The translations under genes and the position numbers were made by a program. Positions 12,167 through 24,411 of a stretch of 64,000 nt of DNA are shown one piece after another. The stretch is from NCBI GenBank assembly GCA_964199315.1, contig OZ116712.1, forward strand, positions 16,492,001 to 16,556,000, read 5' to 3'. The notes below the pieces were generated by a model, which had not been told where the DNA came from, made no database searches, and worked only from the letters and a program-made list of their open reading frames with translations. The stretch is from Orbicella franksi (Eukaryota). Every line of letters begins with the position of its first letter. Within the stretch, counting starts at the first letter, position 1.

Positions 12167-13202
12167 CTCGTTTGTGATCGAATCAGTAGAATTGAAAACA
12201 TCAACAAAAAGCTAAGTGAATGAAGTAACGTTTTATACTTGTCGTCAGCTTCTGAAGCCGTGTGAAACTAAAACTGCCACGATTGAAAAAGGTCATTAAA
12301 ATATTCATCAGTGTGTAGAGATTTGTCAAAAAGTACCGGATAGCAACCAGAAATTTGTTGAAACAGCCATTAAACAAACGTTATATAAATAGATTGATCA
12401 GGCTTCTGCCAACGCTGAAACAGGAAGCCGAATTACTCCTTCGTTACAAAAACCACGTCACTGAGAATTGATTTTAAAGTAGAAGTTTTTGAAGGATTAG
12501 AGAAAAAAGAAACTGTTTTTCTTTTCATCCCTTGTTCACTGACTGCTTCCCAGTCAACTGACGACTGTTTTGAAACGTACCTTTCCAACTGGAAAGGCCA
12601 CCGGATGTTTTGTGGTCACGCGACACATATTGTATAATTTACACGTAAATACTAGAACGGGTAATCGAGATAAATCTTTTCGGACAGTGATTTTCATTCT
12701 GTAAAGAATAACCTGGTGGAAATGAGTATCCGTGCAAGTCAACATGTGCGTAGAAGGATGACTGTAGCGTGAATGGAGATGTTAGTGGTACAACTTTAGA
12801 CAAAAGGGTCATTGATGTGAATAATTCATAAATCCTCCTTACATATTTTGATCTTGATACGGAATTGTTTGTTTTCGTTAAGGTATGGTGCTTGTTTGTA
12901 AGGCGATCCCTGTATAGAGAATGTCTTGATTGGAACAATATACAATAAACGCATTGGTACTGGTAACGTAACTATCATCACAACGAGGCTGGTAATAAGA
13001 ATTGAGAGGGCGAATAATATGTATTCGACTACTTTTTCCCGTAAATGTCATCATGTAACAAATTAAAATTAAAATTCTTTTCAACGTCTTGTCGGTTGTA
13101 CGACGTACAGATCTCAGAAAGAAGAAAAGGATGCTAACTCCTTTAAATTTCAAGTTGTTTCTTCAAACGGTGTGATCGAAATCCATATTCTTGCCACCTA
13201 CC
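12167..13202 (-). other. Putative spliced transcript divergent from SPATS2 (lncRNA or small ORF)
   Basis: Minus-strand splice signals: donor GTAGGT at 13201, exon 12581-12698 (TTTACAG/GTACGT), exon 12167-12267 (TTTTAG/GTGAGT). Phase-consistent ORF MKITVRKDLSRLPVL...PVGK|FHTASEADDKYKTLLHSLSFLLMFSILLIRSQT. No family recognised. Confidence 0.3.
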
Positions 13203-13302
13203 AGCAAGGAGAATTCCTCTGTCAATCACAGTGGGAAGTTTCAATTGGCGCTGTAGTTAGCGGGTTTTACTCAGCCCGGCACAGATATCTCCGCCGATCA
13301 AA

Positions 13303-16300
13303 ATGGCGAAAAAAACCTCTGCGAAACAAGGTTCGTAAAATATCTCTTTACTGGGAAAGCGGTTGCATTTCCTAGAAAACTTGGATGCGAAATATGACAA
13401 TATTTCATGGTTCTGTCTTCTAGGAAAAGATTTCTTTGACACCCGAAACGGCCAAGTTCTTGCAGACTTGAATTTCGCTCAGCGAACTAGTTCCTCGAAT
13501 CCGAAGACAGAAGTAAGTTTACTTGGTCGTTAATCACTACAGATGGTAAATCTGTGAATTAATCTGGTTGTATTCAATGCTGACAAGTTTAATTCTTCTT
13601 TCTTCTTTACTATTCAAAGATTGGATTCATTCGAGAAGCCTTCCCGCTTCGAAGTAAAGATGACATAACCTTAGTCTTGCAATCGTGCGATTACAATGTG
13701 GAAGCAGCTATTGCTTGCTTCACCAATGGTAAGGCTTTTATTTCTTTCGTCAGCGATTAGTTTAAAGTAAGAAATCCTCGATTTTTTTATCGGATACAAG
13801 CGGATTTTAGATTAAACGGGAGGTACAATTTTTGAGAAGTGAAACTAAAACTTTAGTCTCTGTGGACACAAGTCTATCCCGTTTCTACGCAGTGAAGAAT
13901 GTCATATTCCAACAATTTCCTAACGACGAAAACTTATTTTCCCGTATTTTTTTCGTTTTTTTCTAGGAGAGGCAGATAATATCTTGAAAGAGTGGAATAC
14001 CCAGGGAAGAAAGTCAAAGGTTCGGAGAGTAATAACTTTTTGCCACTTTATTAGTATTTTCGGGTCTTTGAATTATTTGTCACGTCACTGCGACGTTGAG
14101 GTTGTATTAAATATTTAAATAGGGTCACTGTACATCTAAACGTATTTCAAGGTGAGAAACGACCACTGTATTAACAGCCGGCGGCTGAAGTTCATTTAAG
14201 CTTATACCTTGAAACTTTCTTCCGTTGTAATAAATCTTTAGTTTTGTTTAAAGAAGATTTAAAAGTGAGTGATTTGCAGTGAGATAAAAACCCGGAAAAT
14301 TCAGTCGTAAAGTCCTTCACATTATTTAGCACGTCTTGTAAGGTAAGATACTCCACTAAAAAAAAATCGATATCGTCTTGTAGGTACGATTTATGTTTTT
14401 GGTGATTTCCGACCCAATAAATTCCTACGTACGAGTTCGCCTGTTGAAAAAAGCCACACACTTTTTAACTTCCGGTGGTCTACGCGGTTGAGCGGAAAAA
14501 TGTTGTTTTTAGCTAGTCGAGAGTGAAACCTTGAGCCTGTGAGAAAGAGCTTTTCAATGCTCCACTTTACAATCCACTAACGGTTACTTCTAGCTCTTCA
14601 AAGGCCAAGATTTTTTTTATCCTGCATCAATATGTCCATATGTTTCAGTCTTGCTGAGGTCTCTCAACAGTGGTCGATTCATTATGCCTCGGGAAGGTCA
14701 CTGGATACTGTATCGGTAACCGGAGAAAGGAGGTTAAGGTGATCTCTCAGAAATAAAAGTTGTGGAACGATTTTTTTTAAACTTTCCCTGAACGTTCCTT
14801 ACCAAACACTGTTTCGTGCGTCATTTAATTTTGTGGTAGGTGAAAGACAAGTTTTTTAAAGAAATACTTGAAAAAATACTCGATAAGATACTTGATAGGT
14901 AGAAAGTCTCGAGCAGTTGTAACAGTTATATATAAATTATGGAAAATTGCATAATTTTAAATAGCATGGACTCCTTGATTCATTCTATTCATTCTGCTGA
15001 TTTACACCCTTTCTTTATTGGTCTGTTCATGGGAATGATTAACTGAAGACATTGCAGATGTCTGCAAATATGACTGAAGCCTTGAAAGTTAACAGGCTTT
15101 AAAACAAGAGTCTCTTTAAAGTGTGTATAGCCCTACAATTTTTATAGCTGTATTAAGTGTTTGTATTATATGGAGCAAAATGCTGCAAAAAGCTTTAATC
15201 TCTCAACTGAGGGGAACTGAGAGTGGGGCTAATGACATCAAAGAAGAATACGTTACATGCAAAAAATTTCAGGCAATTTTAATTTTGGACCAAAACAGGG
15301 TCTGAAAATAAATCCATCTGAAATTTTTAAGCACCCAGAATTTTAAGCATCTGAAACATTATTTTCTGGTGTAGAATAACACTTTAAAAGTAGTTCCAAA
15401 GCTCTTAGTGTCCGTTTATGGAGCAAACTCTAGTTGAGACACTGCCTGACATGCGTAACAGTTTGATAGAGTTTGTGTTTTTTCTCGTCGGTGTATTCCA
15501 AAACCTTCAGGGTGCAGTAAAACTATCATCTTCACAGATGTTGTTTCAGTCTAATTGGTGTTTGTAGGCAGAAAAGACAAAAACACATGGTTCATCTGTT
15601 CTTCACTGCTCTTCTTTGCAAAATCGTCTCAAAGATGTCTTCCAGAAAAACTGATTTAGATCTAGAGCCGGTACCATCATCAAGATTACGTCACCTGTCA
15701 GTTGTATGAAATTAATGATGTATCGTATCGTGTATTATATCATGGCACTTTTATCGAGATATGTGTCATATCGTGAGAAATTGTATTGTTGCAGCTCTAA
15801 ATTGGGTAAGGTAATGGTTGAAATTATGGTTAAGGTTATAGGTGCGATCTCCTTATTAATAAATGACATCACAAAATGTGCTAGACCCATATCCTTTTGA
15901 GTTTTGACTGGTTCTTCGACTTGGTCATGGTTTTCATCATAGTGATCAAGAATGTGTCAATACTTTTTGAACTAAAAAAATTATAGGGCTTATACTAATA
16001 GGCACCTTAAGCAGTTCAAATCAAAAAGGTTTGCTTGCTTGTGAGAACCAATTACCTTCCTGCTGAAAACGTTGATGAAACCGCCTGGCCCGGGTTGTGC
16101 AAAAGGTGGATAATGTTATGCACCAGATAAATCACTATCCAGTGGATAGCGTGGTTTATTTTGTTAACACTTATCCTCTGGATTACAATTATTTTTAACC
16201 CATTGGATAGCGTTATCCAGCCTTTGAGCTTATATGGCATAGCATAATGGAGATCCAAACCTACATATACCTTTTATAATTTTTCTTTCCAGAATGCAAA

Positions 16301-19300
16301 AAAGAAGAGAAACAAGAAGAAGCAGGCAAAACATGATGAACCAGAGACGGTAGAAGTTGCTGCGATACCACAGAAAGATGATGGCGTTTCACAACTAGAT
16401 CCATACAACATTAAAGGTGTTGTAGTTAACATTGTATTCTTTTGACTTGTTTTACTATGGTGATTCTAAAAAATTTGCCAAATATCCTGTGATTTGTTTC
16501 AATGTGTCAAATCATAGACTGTATATAGGTGTAGCCATTTTGAAATTTTAGTTCAAACCAGTTGCACAGTATTCATAACAAAGTAAAGAAATAATTTTTA
16601 TTAACTGAAATTGGCAATTTGATTTCTTCTATTATTTCCATTCCCAAGGAATGGCCAACTTTTCCACACTCAATTCCATTCAAAACATTGTTTTGCTGTT
16701 TGAGCTTGTCTGGCTTCATACATGTATGACAAGCACGCAAGAATTCAATCTGATTTTGTTTCCAAACATCAACTGTCACACATCACACATTTTACAAATT
16801 TTACCTTATTTTGCACTTCACCATGGATTTTGCCAAACACTGAATCCAAACAATGGTTGAGTTTGAATCCGGTTGTATTTTGAATATCAAACTTTTCCTG
16901 GATTCTCCCAAAATCCTGTAAGAAGTGGAAAGAGAATATTGGCAGAAGTGGGTATTTTCAAAACAGACTGAAAAAAAGTGCATGAACAACTGGGCTTGCA
17001 CTCTTAGCGACAGTAGAAATAATATCCTAACTTGTGTAAAACTGAAGTGGAACTACGGGCGACAGGCAAGTGGTTTCATCCCAAATTGAGATATTAATAA
17101 TCACATTGCAAGTTAAAGTACTGTTAAGTAATAACTAAGGGCTAAGATATTGTAAAGCACTAAGATATTCAAAAGTAAGACTTAAAGCCTGGAATTATTA
17201 TAACAATTCTACACAAGTAATGATACTAGCATCTGACAGCTAGGTAACAAATTGTTTTCCAGATGTAACAGTCACAACTGAAGATGACCCAGAAAAGCCA
17301 CTATCAGCAGTGACCACAAGTCTGGAATGCATCTCCCCATCTCCTACTCTGCAGCTGCCTCATCCACCATCACCATCAAGCTCAGAAGTCTCCCTTCCTT
17401 CTTCAAACTCTGACCAGCCGTCTGATGCCACTCAAGACCCTGAACTTCCATCCAAGCATTCACAAGGTAGTCCCAGTCATAACAGCCATTCTCCTGCAAA
17501 ACTTGAAAGGATGACCTCAACTGGTCCCGATGCTCTTAAAAAGACAGTAAAAGATCTGCAGCGCTCCAGTGTTTCGCTTCCAAGGTTTCAGCTTCTCTTG
17601 GAAGAGGTAAATAATTGCTTCCATACTTTTATTAGCTGTAACTTTAAGCCTGTGATTCAACTTTATTTCCGTGGGAATTCCTTAGAATTGTATTGCATAC
17701 ATGTATCCCTAGTGCACCTGATTTTTGCATCTTTAACATGCGCTCAAAACAACTGATTTTCACGTCATTAGCAGTCGCTCAGGACCCTGTGCACATAAAC
17801 AACATCAAGAGATTTCCTTCTTTTTCTTTTCCTCCTTCCAGTACTTGATAGGGAACATTCAGAGAAAGTTTTTAACAAAATCGTTTGACAACTTTTATTT
17901 CTGAGGAATCACCTTTAGGTATATCAGTGTTGTAGAAAGTGTGAACGTGGTCAGAATCTTGTGTTGTTTACTGCATGCTTGGTTTGTGTTGACTGTTTTT
18001 TATAAAGTAATAATCATTTGCCTTCTTTCTACAGGAATGTGACAAGTCATTCAAATCAATTGCTGAGACATTTCAAGAATTAAGACAATGGTGCGTCAGA
18101 AATTTCAAGCTGTTCCATGTGAATAGAAGTCATTCCCAAACCCATCAGACACACAGTAGAGATATAATAAATATCTTACTAACCTTGCCTTCTTGGTCCG
18201 TACTGTAAGTTATGGATCCTCTTATTTTGCCTTCAATTTATGGCCCACACGCTTCACACTTGTGCCATGAATTGATGGGGAAAAAACTTGGTCTGTAACT
18301 TACAGTATGTACCTCGAACTCGGTTAGTAAGAGGTATATAGGACTTGCTGTAGTAAAGTTTTGCTGTGTTGTCATATGATCTTGTTTGTACCCCCAAAAA
18401 TGTTCAAGCTCATTATTCATTTCTCTTTTTTACATTCAGTTTAAATGACAGGGAAGCTCATCTTCATGCTCAAATGGAAGAATTTAAGAGGCAGGCAGGT
18501 TAGTAACTGAGTTATTTTAAATTTATAGTGTTGTGTAAACTTTTTAAACTCTCTTGACGGAGGGGGCGAATAGGGGTATGCAAATCCGTGGATCCGTGCT
18601 TTTTTTTTTCACCAAATCCATAGATCCGCCAATCTTTTAGTTCAAACTGACACCTCAACCACATCCAGAAACAGAAGGGTGAAAGTTCAAAAGCAAACTG
18701 GTAAATGTGAATGTCATTGTTAATTTCACACAAATAGTAAAGAAGGCAACATGCTTGATGACTATAACACAGTACAATTCCAATAACAGTCTTATACCTG
18801 AGTTTAAATAAGCTTTGTGCAAAAAAAAGAAATAATTTGGATGAACTCATTAACATAACGACCAAGGCTGAAGAAAGATCCATGACCCAAATTTGGTTTA
18901 GGACCCAAGACTTGAACATCAAGACAGGCACAATCCAGAATCTGGGCCAAAATTCACAGCTGATCCACGATCCACTGTGTTTTCAAAATCTGCGAATCCG
19001 CTCGATTTACCACAAAAATCCACAATCTGTGCGCTTTTTAAGGCCAAATCCGTCGATCCAAAAACCTATTCACCCCCTCCTTGACAAAAGTACCTGTGAT
19101 AGGGAAGTGCAAACTAAGGACATGTTATGGGTACATAGAACAGCACTGGAACAAAATTGGCAAATAGTTACAAAAACTGTAATTTCTGTGTAGGGTTTGG
19201 TGGTTGGAAAGATGTTAAATTTTACCATCACAGTAACTTTTGGGAGGGAACCAGGCAAGTATTTTAACGTGTTTGTTAAGATTGAACAGATATTTGTAAT

Positions 19301-22300
19301 TTCTACATGCACAGTCTGTGCACATGTGGTTTCAACATTACACCTCTTGGACTATCCCCATAGTTTATCCACACTGGGTTATAACCTGCGTACATGCGAT
19401 TACTGTGAAAGCAAGTCTGTCCAAAGCAAAATCATTAATCTTACTGGTCTTGTTGATTTGTTTAAACCCTGGGACTGAGAATGAAGATCTACATTGCTAC
19501 ATGACTTAGATGTCAGTGGTTTCCTTTATTCTCAATGTGAAACAAGCCAGAAGTTGATCAATTTAATGCCAAAACATTTTTGATGATATGCAGTTGAATT
19601 GTTGGAACAAAGGCAAGAAAATGCAGCAGCATTGAAGCTGAAATCAGACAGAGTTGGTGGAATGCAGGAGGCTGAAGTGACGCAGCTAAGGAGTGAAATA
19701 AAGGTGTGGCATACTGTACTGTTCTATTTATTTTGCCTGTGTTTGAATAACACTTTACTGTTAAAAAATAAATATTAAATATAATAAATGAATCAATTTA
19801 TGCAGATGAAGCATACTAAATTTACTACCAAATAGACAGATTCAGCTAATGCATTTACATGCTTGTTGCCACCAAATTCAGACCAGGTGATGATTCGTTG
19901 GGGAGGTTGTTGATATGCAATTTGTCACAGGTAATTGATTGCAAGGGGGTATGTACAAATGGGTTTGTCACGTCCCAAGTAAATTATCACATGGCCCAGT
20001 TGGGTGGCAACAGGGATGCAAACACATTGGCCAAATCCATGTATGGTTACTCGCACTGGATTCCAGGTCAAACAGTCAAGTCTCAAGTGTGCAGTGATTG
20101 ACCAAGAGTGGTGAAGAATATTTGGGTGTTTTCATTATGCTGTTATCAATATGCATGTAATATACTAAACACAGTGGACAGTGTTTCCAAATTTCCTGAT
20201 TGACTTTGTTTAACCATGATGAATTATGAATGTTAATGAGTTTGAGAAGTTAATTGAAATCTGCAAATAAGTGAGAAATAATCATTTAAATAGAACAATA
20301 GTATTACTAAATTTGTACCAAGCTGTTAAATTATCTTCCTGTTTAAAATAATTATTTCTAATTCAGATGTTAACTTTGAAGATCCTCAATTAGTATTTAA
20401 CATGTAATGGCTGCCTTAGGCAGCACTAATTTTACCAACAATATCATCTATTTTACCAGAATTTTGTTACTGAGCGGAAAATTGATGAGGAGCTGGCCAG
20501 AACGACCCGTTTTGTTGGAGATAGGGATAAGCTGAAGTCAGTGATTGCAAATTTTGGAGAAGGTAAAAATTATTCAAAAATTTAAATCACATCAACTGTT
20601 TCTACTGTGTGTTTCTACTCTCACGCTTTACCATAAATTGTTCCTCTTTGCCCGAAAATTGGTTGGTTATGACAAACCTTCAGGTTAGATTAGAGGCCTG
20701 TTTACTTTCAGAGATCTCATTCTCCTTCAAGTACTGGAAGACAGAAAAAAATAATAGCAGATGTCTGCATGTACAGTGTATATGACAGGAACTAGCAAGC
20801 TCTTGGTCAAAGAACTTCATGCAAAGTTTCTACTCGCAATTGATTTTGGGTTTACTCCTGACTGGAAGAAAAAGTGGCGAAATTGGTTTGCATAGCAATG
20901 CAGAACCAAAGCAAATAATGCATCTTTTGATTAAGAGAAACCACTCAAGACCAGCTTAAGTACTCATTTAGAAGCTTGCATGCAAATGAACTTAACTCAA
21001 AGGTAATAAGGCAGAATTCTTTGTGCAGGCTAGTCCAAGTTTTTGAAAGAGTCTAATTCGTGTTTGTTTATTTTACAGTTGTGCCTATCAAGAGCTGCTA
21101 TAGTCCAGTCACGTTAAACCCCCCTCCACTGCCTACCAAGAAGTCAGAAGGAAGCAATGCTGATAAGAAAGTGACAGAAACTGTCCCATCAGGCAAATCA
21201 GACTCATTGTCAGTTCCTGCTAACATTACTGTTCCTGTTATCACTGTAGCTAATGATGAGAATTCCGTATCTAACCACAAGGCCCTTCAAGAGGTGGCAG
21301 AACTCCATGCAAAGCTTCAAGCAGCTCTTCAGCTACAAGTATGTTGATCAGGGTTTTAACGACTGACTTTCAGGGTGCTTTCCATCATGCCAAAAATTTG
21401 GAAAATTTTGTTCGGAAGTCAAATGGAATGGTCCATTTTGGTTCGGTCCAACCGGAATGTTCAGGACCACTTTTTGAGGTGGTCCACTTTGATCAGTCAG
21501 ATTGGTCAGACCGAAATTTGCCATTTCATTTTGACAAACAAGTTCATTGCCCTACTTCTCTTGAGTGGATTTCACTTAAGTGATGGATTCGGGAAAGGAA
21601 TAAAAAATGGTAAGAGCCATTCCTCTCAGTTGGCCTGGTGTGATCAGAAAATGTTGTTCCTGTCTTGCTTGGTTAATCCCACTGGTCTCTGACCAGTCGG
21701 TCTGGCATAATAGAAAGCACCTTCAGTTTCAGGTTGTGATGTTCTATTAGGAAGGCTACTGATAGAACTCTGTGATACTTAACCAAAGTACCGGTGCTTT
21801 GGTTAAGTCTTAGACTTTGCAGCCATTATTTGGGTCATCACACAATGTAAGACGGAAGAAGTGTCATTTGAAAATCCAAATATCTGCTGTGTAAGAAACT
21901 GATGTTTATTAACTACAAAGTTGAAGGTGTCATCTTGAATTTAAGCTAAAAAACAATTATTTTTTCTACATATTAGCCCTCGTTTCTTTCCTTAAATGGC
22001 AGCGGAGTCTCCCATGATCTAGAAAGATGGAAGGAGAAAATTGAAGTAGGCTTTGCTCATAGGGTAGAGGGCTTGAAAATAAGTTGAATTTCAGCTTCCT
22101 TTTTGGACATGCAGCTCTCAAATTTTGCTTGCCCTAGGCAAGTCTTAGTTTACTTTTTTCAATCTCATTCCCAGAGCCCACATGTCTTTCGGTCAGTGCC
22201 AAGACACGGAGCTCTGGAATAATCAATTTCCAGACTCCAAGATTTTAGGAGTTCAGGTTTCATGGCACATGCATGTCTCGGTTTAAAAAATAGAAATCTC

Positions 22301-24411
22301 GTTCCCAGAGCTCACGTGTCTTTTGGTTGGTGCTGACCAAAAGACACGTGGGCCCTGGGAACAAGATTACCATGTTTTAAACCAAGGTACGCATGCATGG
22401 TGAAACCGGAACTCCTAAAATCTTGGAGTCTGGAAATTGATTATTCCAGAGCTCGGTGTCTTGGTGCTGACCAAAAGACACGTGGGCTCTGGGAACGAGA
22501 TTGACTTTTTTAATCTAGTTGACAGTTGACTTGCCCATCAGACAAGTTAGAACAAAAATTTACTTGCTGAGCATGAAAATCTACTTGTCTTGGAGGACCA
22601 GGTGGCACTTTTTCAAACCCTGAGGGTATACTTAGAATCGTCTACAATGACCTTGTCATCCCCTTCTCCTGCACCCTTGGATTTATGATTGACTTTTCAA
22701 CTGATGTTACAAAAAAAATAAGGCCTTGACAAGTGCAAAATGTTTCATATGGAAATGAGAACTTTTACTCATGTGTAGTGTTATACTTACTTACTCTTTT
22801 GCTATGCTTTTTCATAGGGCTTGTCATCTTCAACTGGAAAACACCCAGAAGGTAAATACATTTTTGTTGTTGTTTCAAATCTCAGACATTTGTTTCTTGA
22901 GAAGGTTTGCGGGAGCGAGTAATTTGTTTACTTGCACTGATTGCTTGATCACTGGGATCCTACAAATATCCACATTTGAAAAAAAACACTGCTTTTTCAG
23001 TTTGTGAAGATTCTTACTGCATCCATGGAACAACATTATTATTTTGCTTTACTTCCATCACATTTGATTTGAAACGTTTTTCATTTTTCATAGCATTTAC
23101 AAATTGATTTATAAATCTATAGGAAATAACTTGATCTGTAGCTTACTATATAGACATCAGAAATGGTTTAGATGGTGGTGTTCATTGTTTAAGAATGTAG
23201 TTTTGTAATCAGGTTGTTTGTTGGTTTGTCATTCAGGACAAAATCAATCAAAACCTGACCACAAGAAGGACAGACCAAATTCAGCCTTACAAGCACCGCA
23301 TCAACAGCAAACATCACGAAGATCACAAACAGCACTTCCACAAAGTCGACAACAGAGAAAGGAAGGCAATCAGCAGGGAGAGAGGACAGGGCCCAACCGA
23401 TCAGCTGAACCAAGAGGTTCTCAACAGGACAGGCAAAACAGTAACCAATCAAACAGAAATCCCAAGAGATCTAATCAACGCAGACCACCTCAAAGAAATT
23501 CTCAATCTGAAACTTCATACCAGAGGGGTGACAAAGCAAAAAATGGAGCTACTCATTCAGCTGAAGCACAACAGCAGGCTAAGCTTGATAAGGACAAACG
23601 ACCTAAAAGTAATTCTGAGAAAGTTACGTCAGAAAAATCTGTGACTGTTGAGGAGCACGCAAAATCAGGAAACAGAACTCGGCGGTTGCAAGAACCAAGG
23701 GAGGGTGGGGATGAAAGGCGCGGCAATAGGAGTAGAAGAAGAGGGAGTAGGAGAGAAGCCTCTGGAGACCATAATATGGTCAGTGAGAGGGCCCAGGGAG
23801 AAAAGGGCTCAGGAGATAAGCATGTCAAGGGTCCAGGAGAAAAGCAAGAAAATGGTCCTGAAAAAGATCATCTTGAAAAAGAAGAAGCGAAAACAGAAGT
23901 TAAAGGAGAAGGTAATCATGACGAGAACCAGAGTACTAACAAGGGAGATGGTCTAATGGAAAACAATGGACAGAAAGATATTGCACCAGAACCTCCAGCT
24001 GAGGATGGACTGAAGACTAACATAGACAACAATTCTGCAGCTTGTTTAAATGGTGAGAAAAACCATGTTCCAGAGAAAGAGGAGGGAGAAAACAAGGATG
24101 CATTGCCTCAAAGACCTAACAGGCCACCCAGAAGGAGGGGCCCTCAGAGAGATAGAAAGGATGGGCCAAGTGCTGGGCCAGCACCTGAGAGGCACCCAAA
24201 TGAAACCGAGTCAGTAGAAAATGGGATAGGTGAATATCACAGCAAGGAAAGCAGTGATTCTGAAATTAAAATCCCAAAGTCAGTTGAAAATGCACAAAAT
24301 CAGATGGAATCCAAGAAAGAAAATCATTCTGAACAAGAACTTGAAAAACACTTAGACAAAACAGTCCCTCCGAGAGTCAATGGTTATATTCCCATGAAAG
24401 AAATTAATGAG
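13303..24411 (+). CDS. SPATS2: SPATS2/SPATS2L-like protein (DUF1387); 3' end uncertain
   Basis: Exons 13303-13330, 13424-13512, 13620-13728, 13967-14019, 16293-16416, 17263-17606, 18035-18090, 18440-18498, 19594-19703, 20460-20562, 21079-21338, 22818-22851, 23237-24411, all GT-AG and phase-consistent. Motifs IREAFPLRSKDDITLVLQSCDYNVEAAIACF, ILKEWNTQGRK, GPDALKKTVKDLQRSSVSL, LRSEIKNFVTERKIDEELARTTRF match recalled SPATS2. The 403-aa ORF at 23218 is its low-complexity exon. Confidence 0.92.
18559..19080. mobile_element. MITE with GGAGGGGG(C/T)GAATAGG TIRs, 5-bp TSD
   Basis: 16-bp TIR with 1 mismatch; TTGAC on both flanks; internal AATCCG repeats. Confidence 0.85.
21373..21722. mobile_element. 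PIF/Harbinger-like MITE
   Basis: GGGTGCTTTCCATCATGCCA / TGGCATAATAGAAAGCACCT; 3-bp TCA on both flanks. Confidence 0.7.
22067..22622. mobile_element. CAGGG-type MITE interrupted by a nested palindromic element
   Basis: TIR GAGGGCTTGAAAA / TTTTCAAACCCTG; AGGGTA on both flanks. Confidence 0.75.
22160..22503. mobile_element. Palindromic MITE with 8-bp TSD
   Basis: Long TIRs CAATCTC(A/G)TTCCCAGAGCCCAC...; ACTTTTTT on both flanks; central hairpin copy at 22295-22367. Confidence 0.85.

Noticed and set aside
12581-12698. TEN1 identity for the divergent ORF
   Set aside because: Only a short superficial resemblance (CKLYNM..RVT); the rest does not align.
12960-13065. C/D-box snoRNA (two RTGATGA motifs, minus strand)
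   Set aside because: No CTGA D box downstream and no terminal stem.
14192-14461. 89-aa minus ORF
   Set aside because: Non-ATG start, no recognisable motif, no supporting exon chain.
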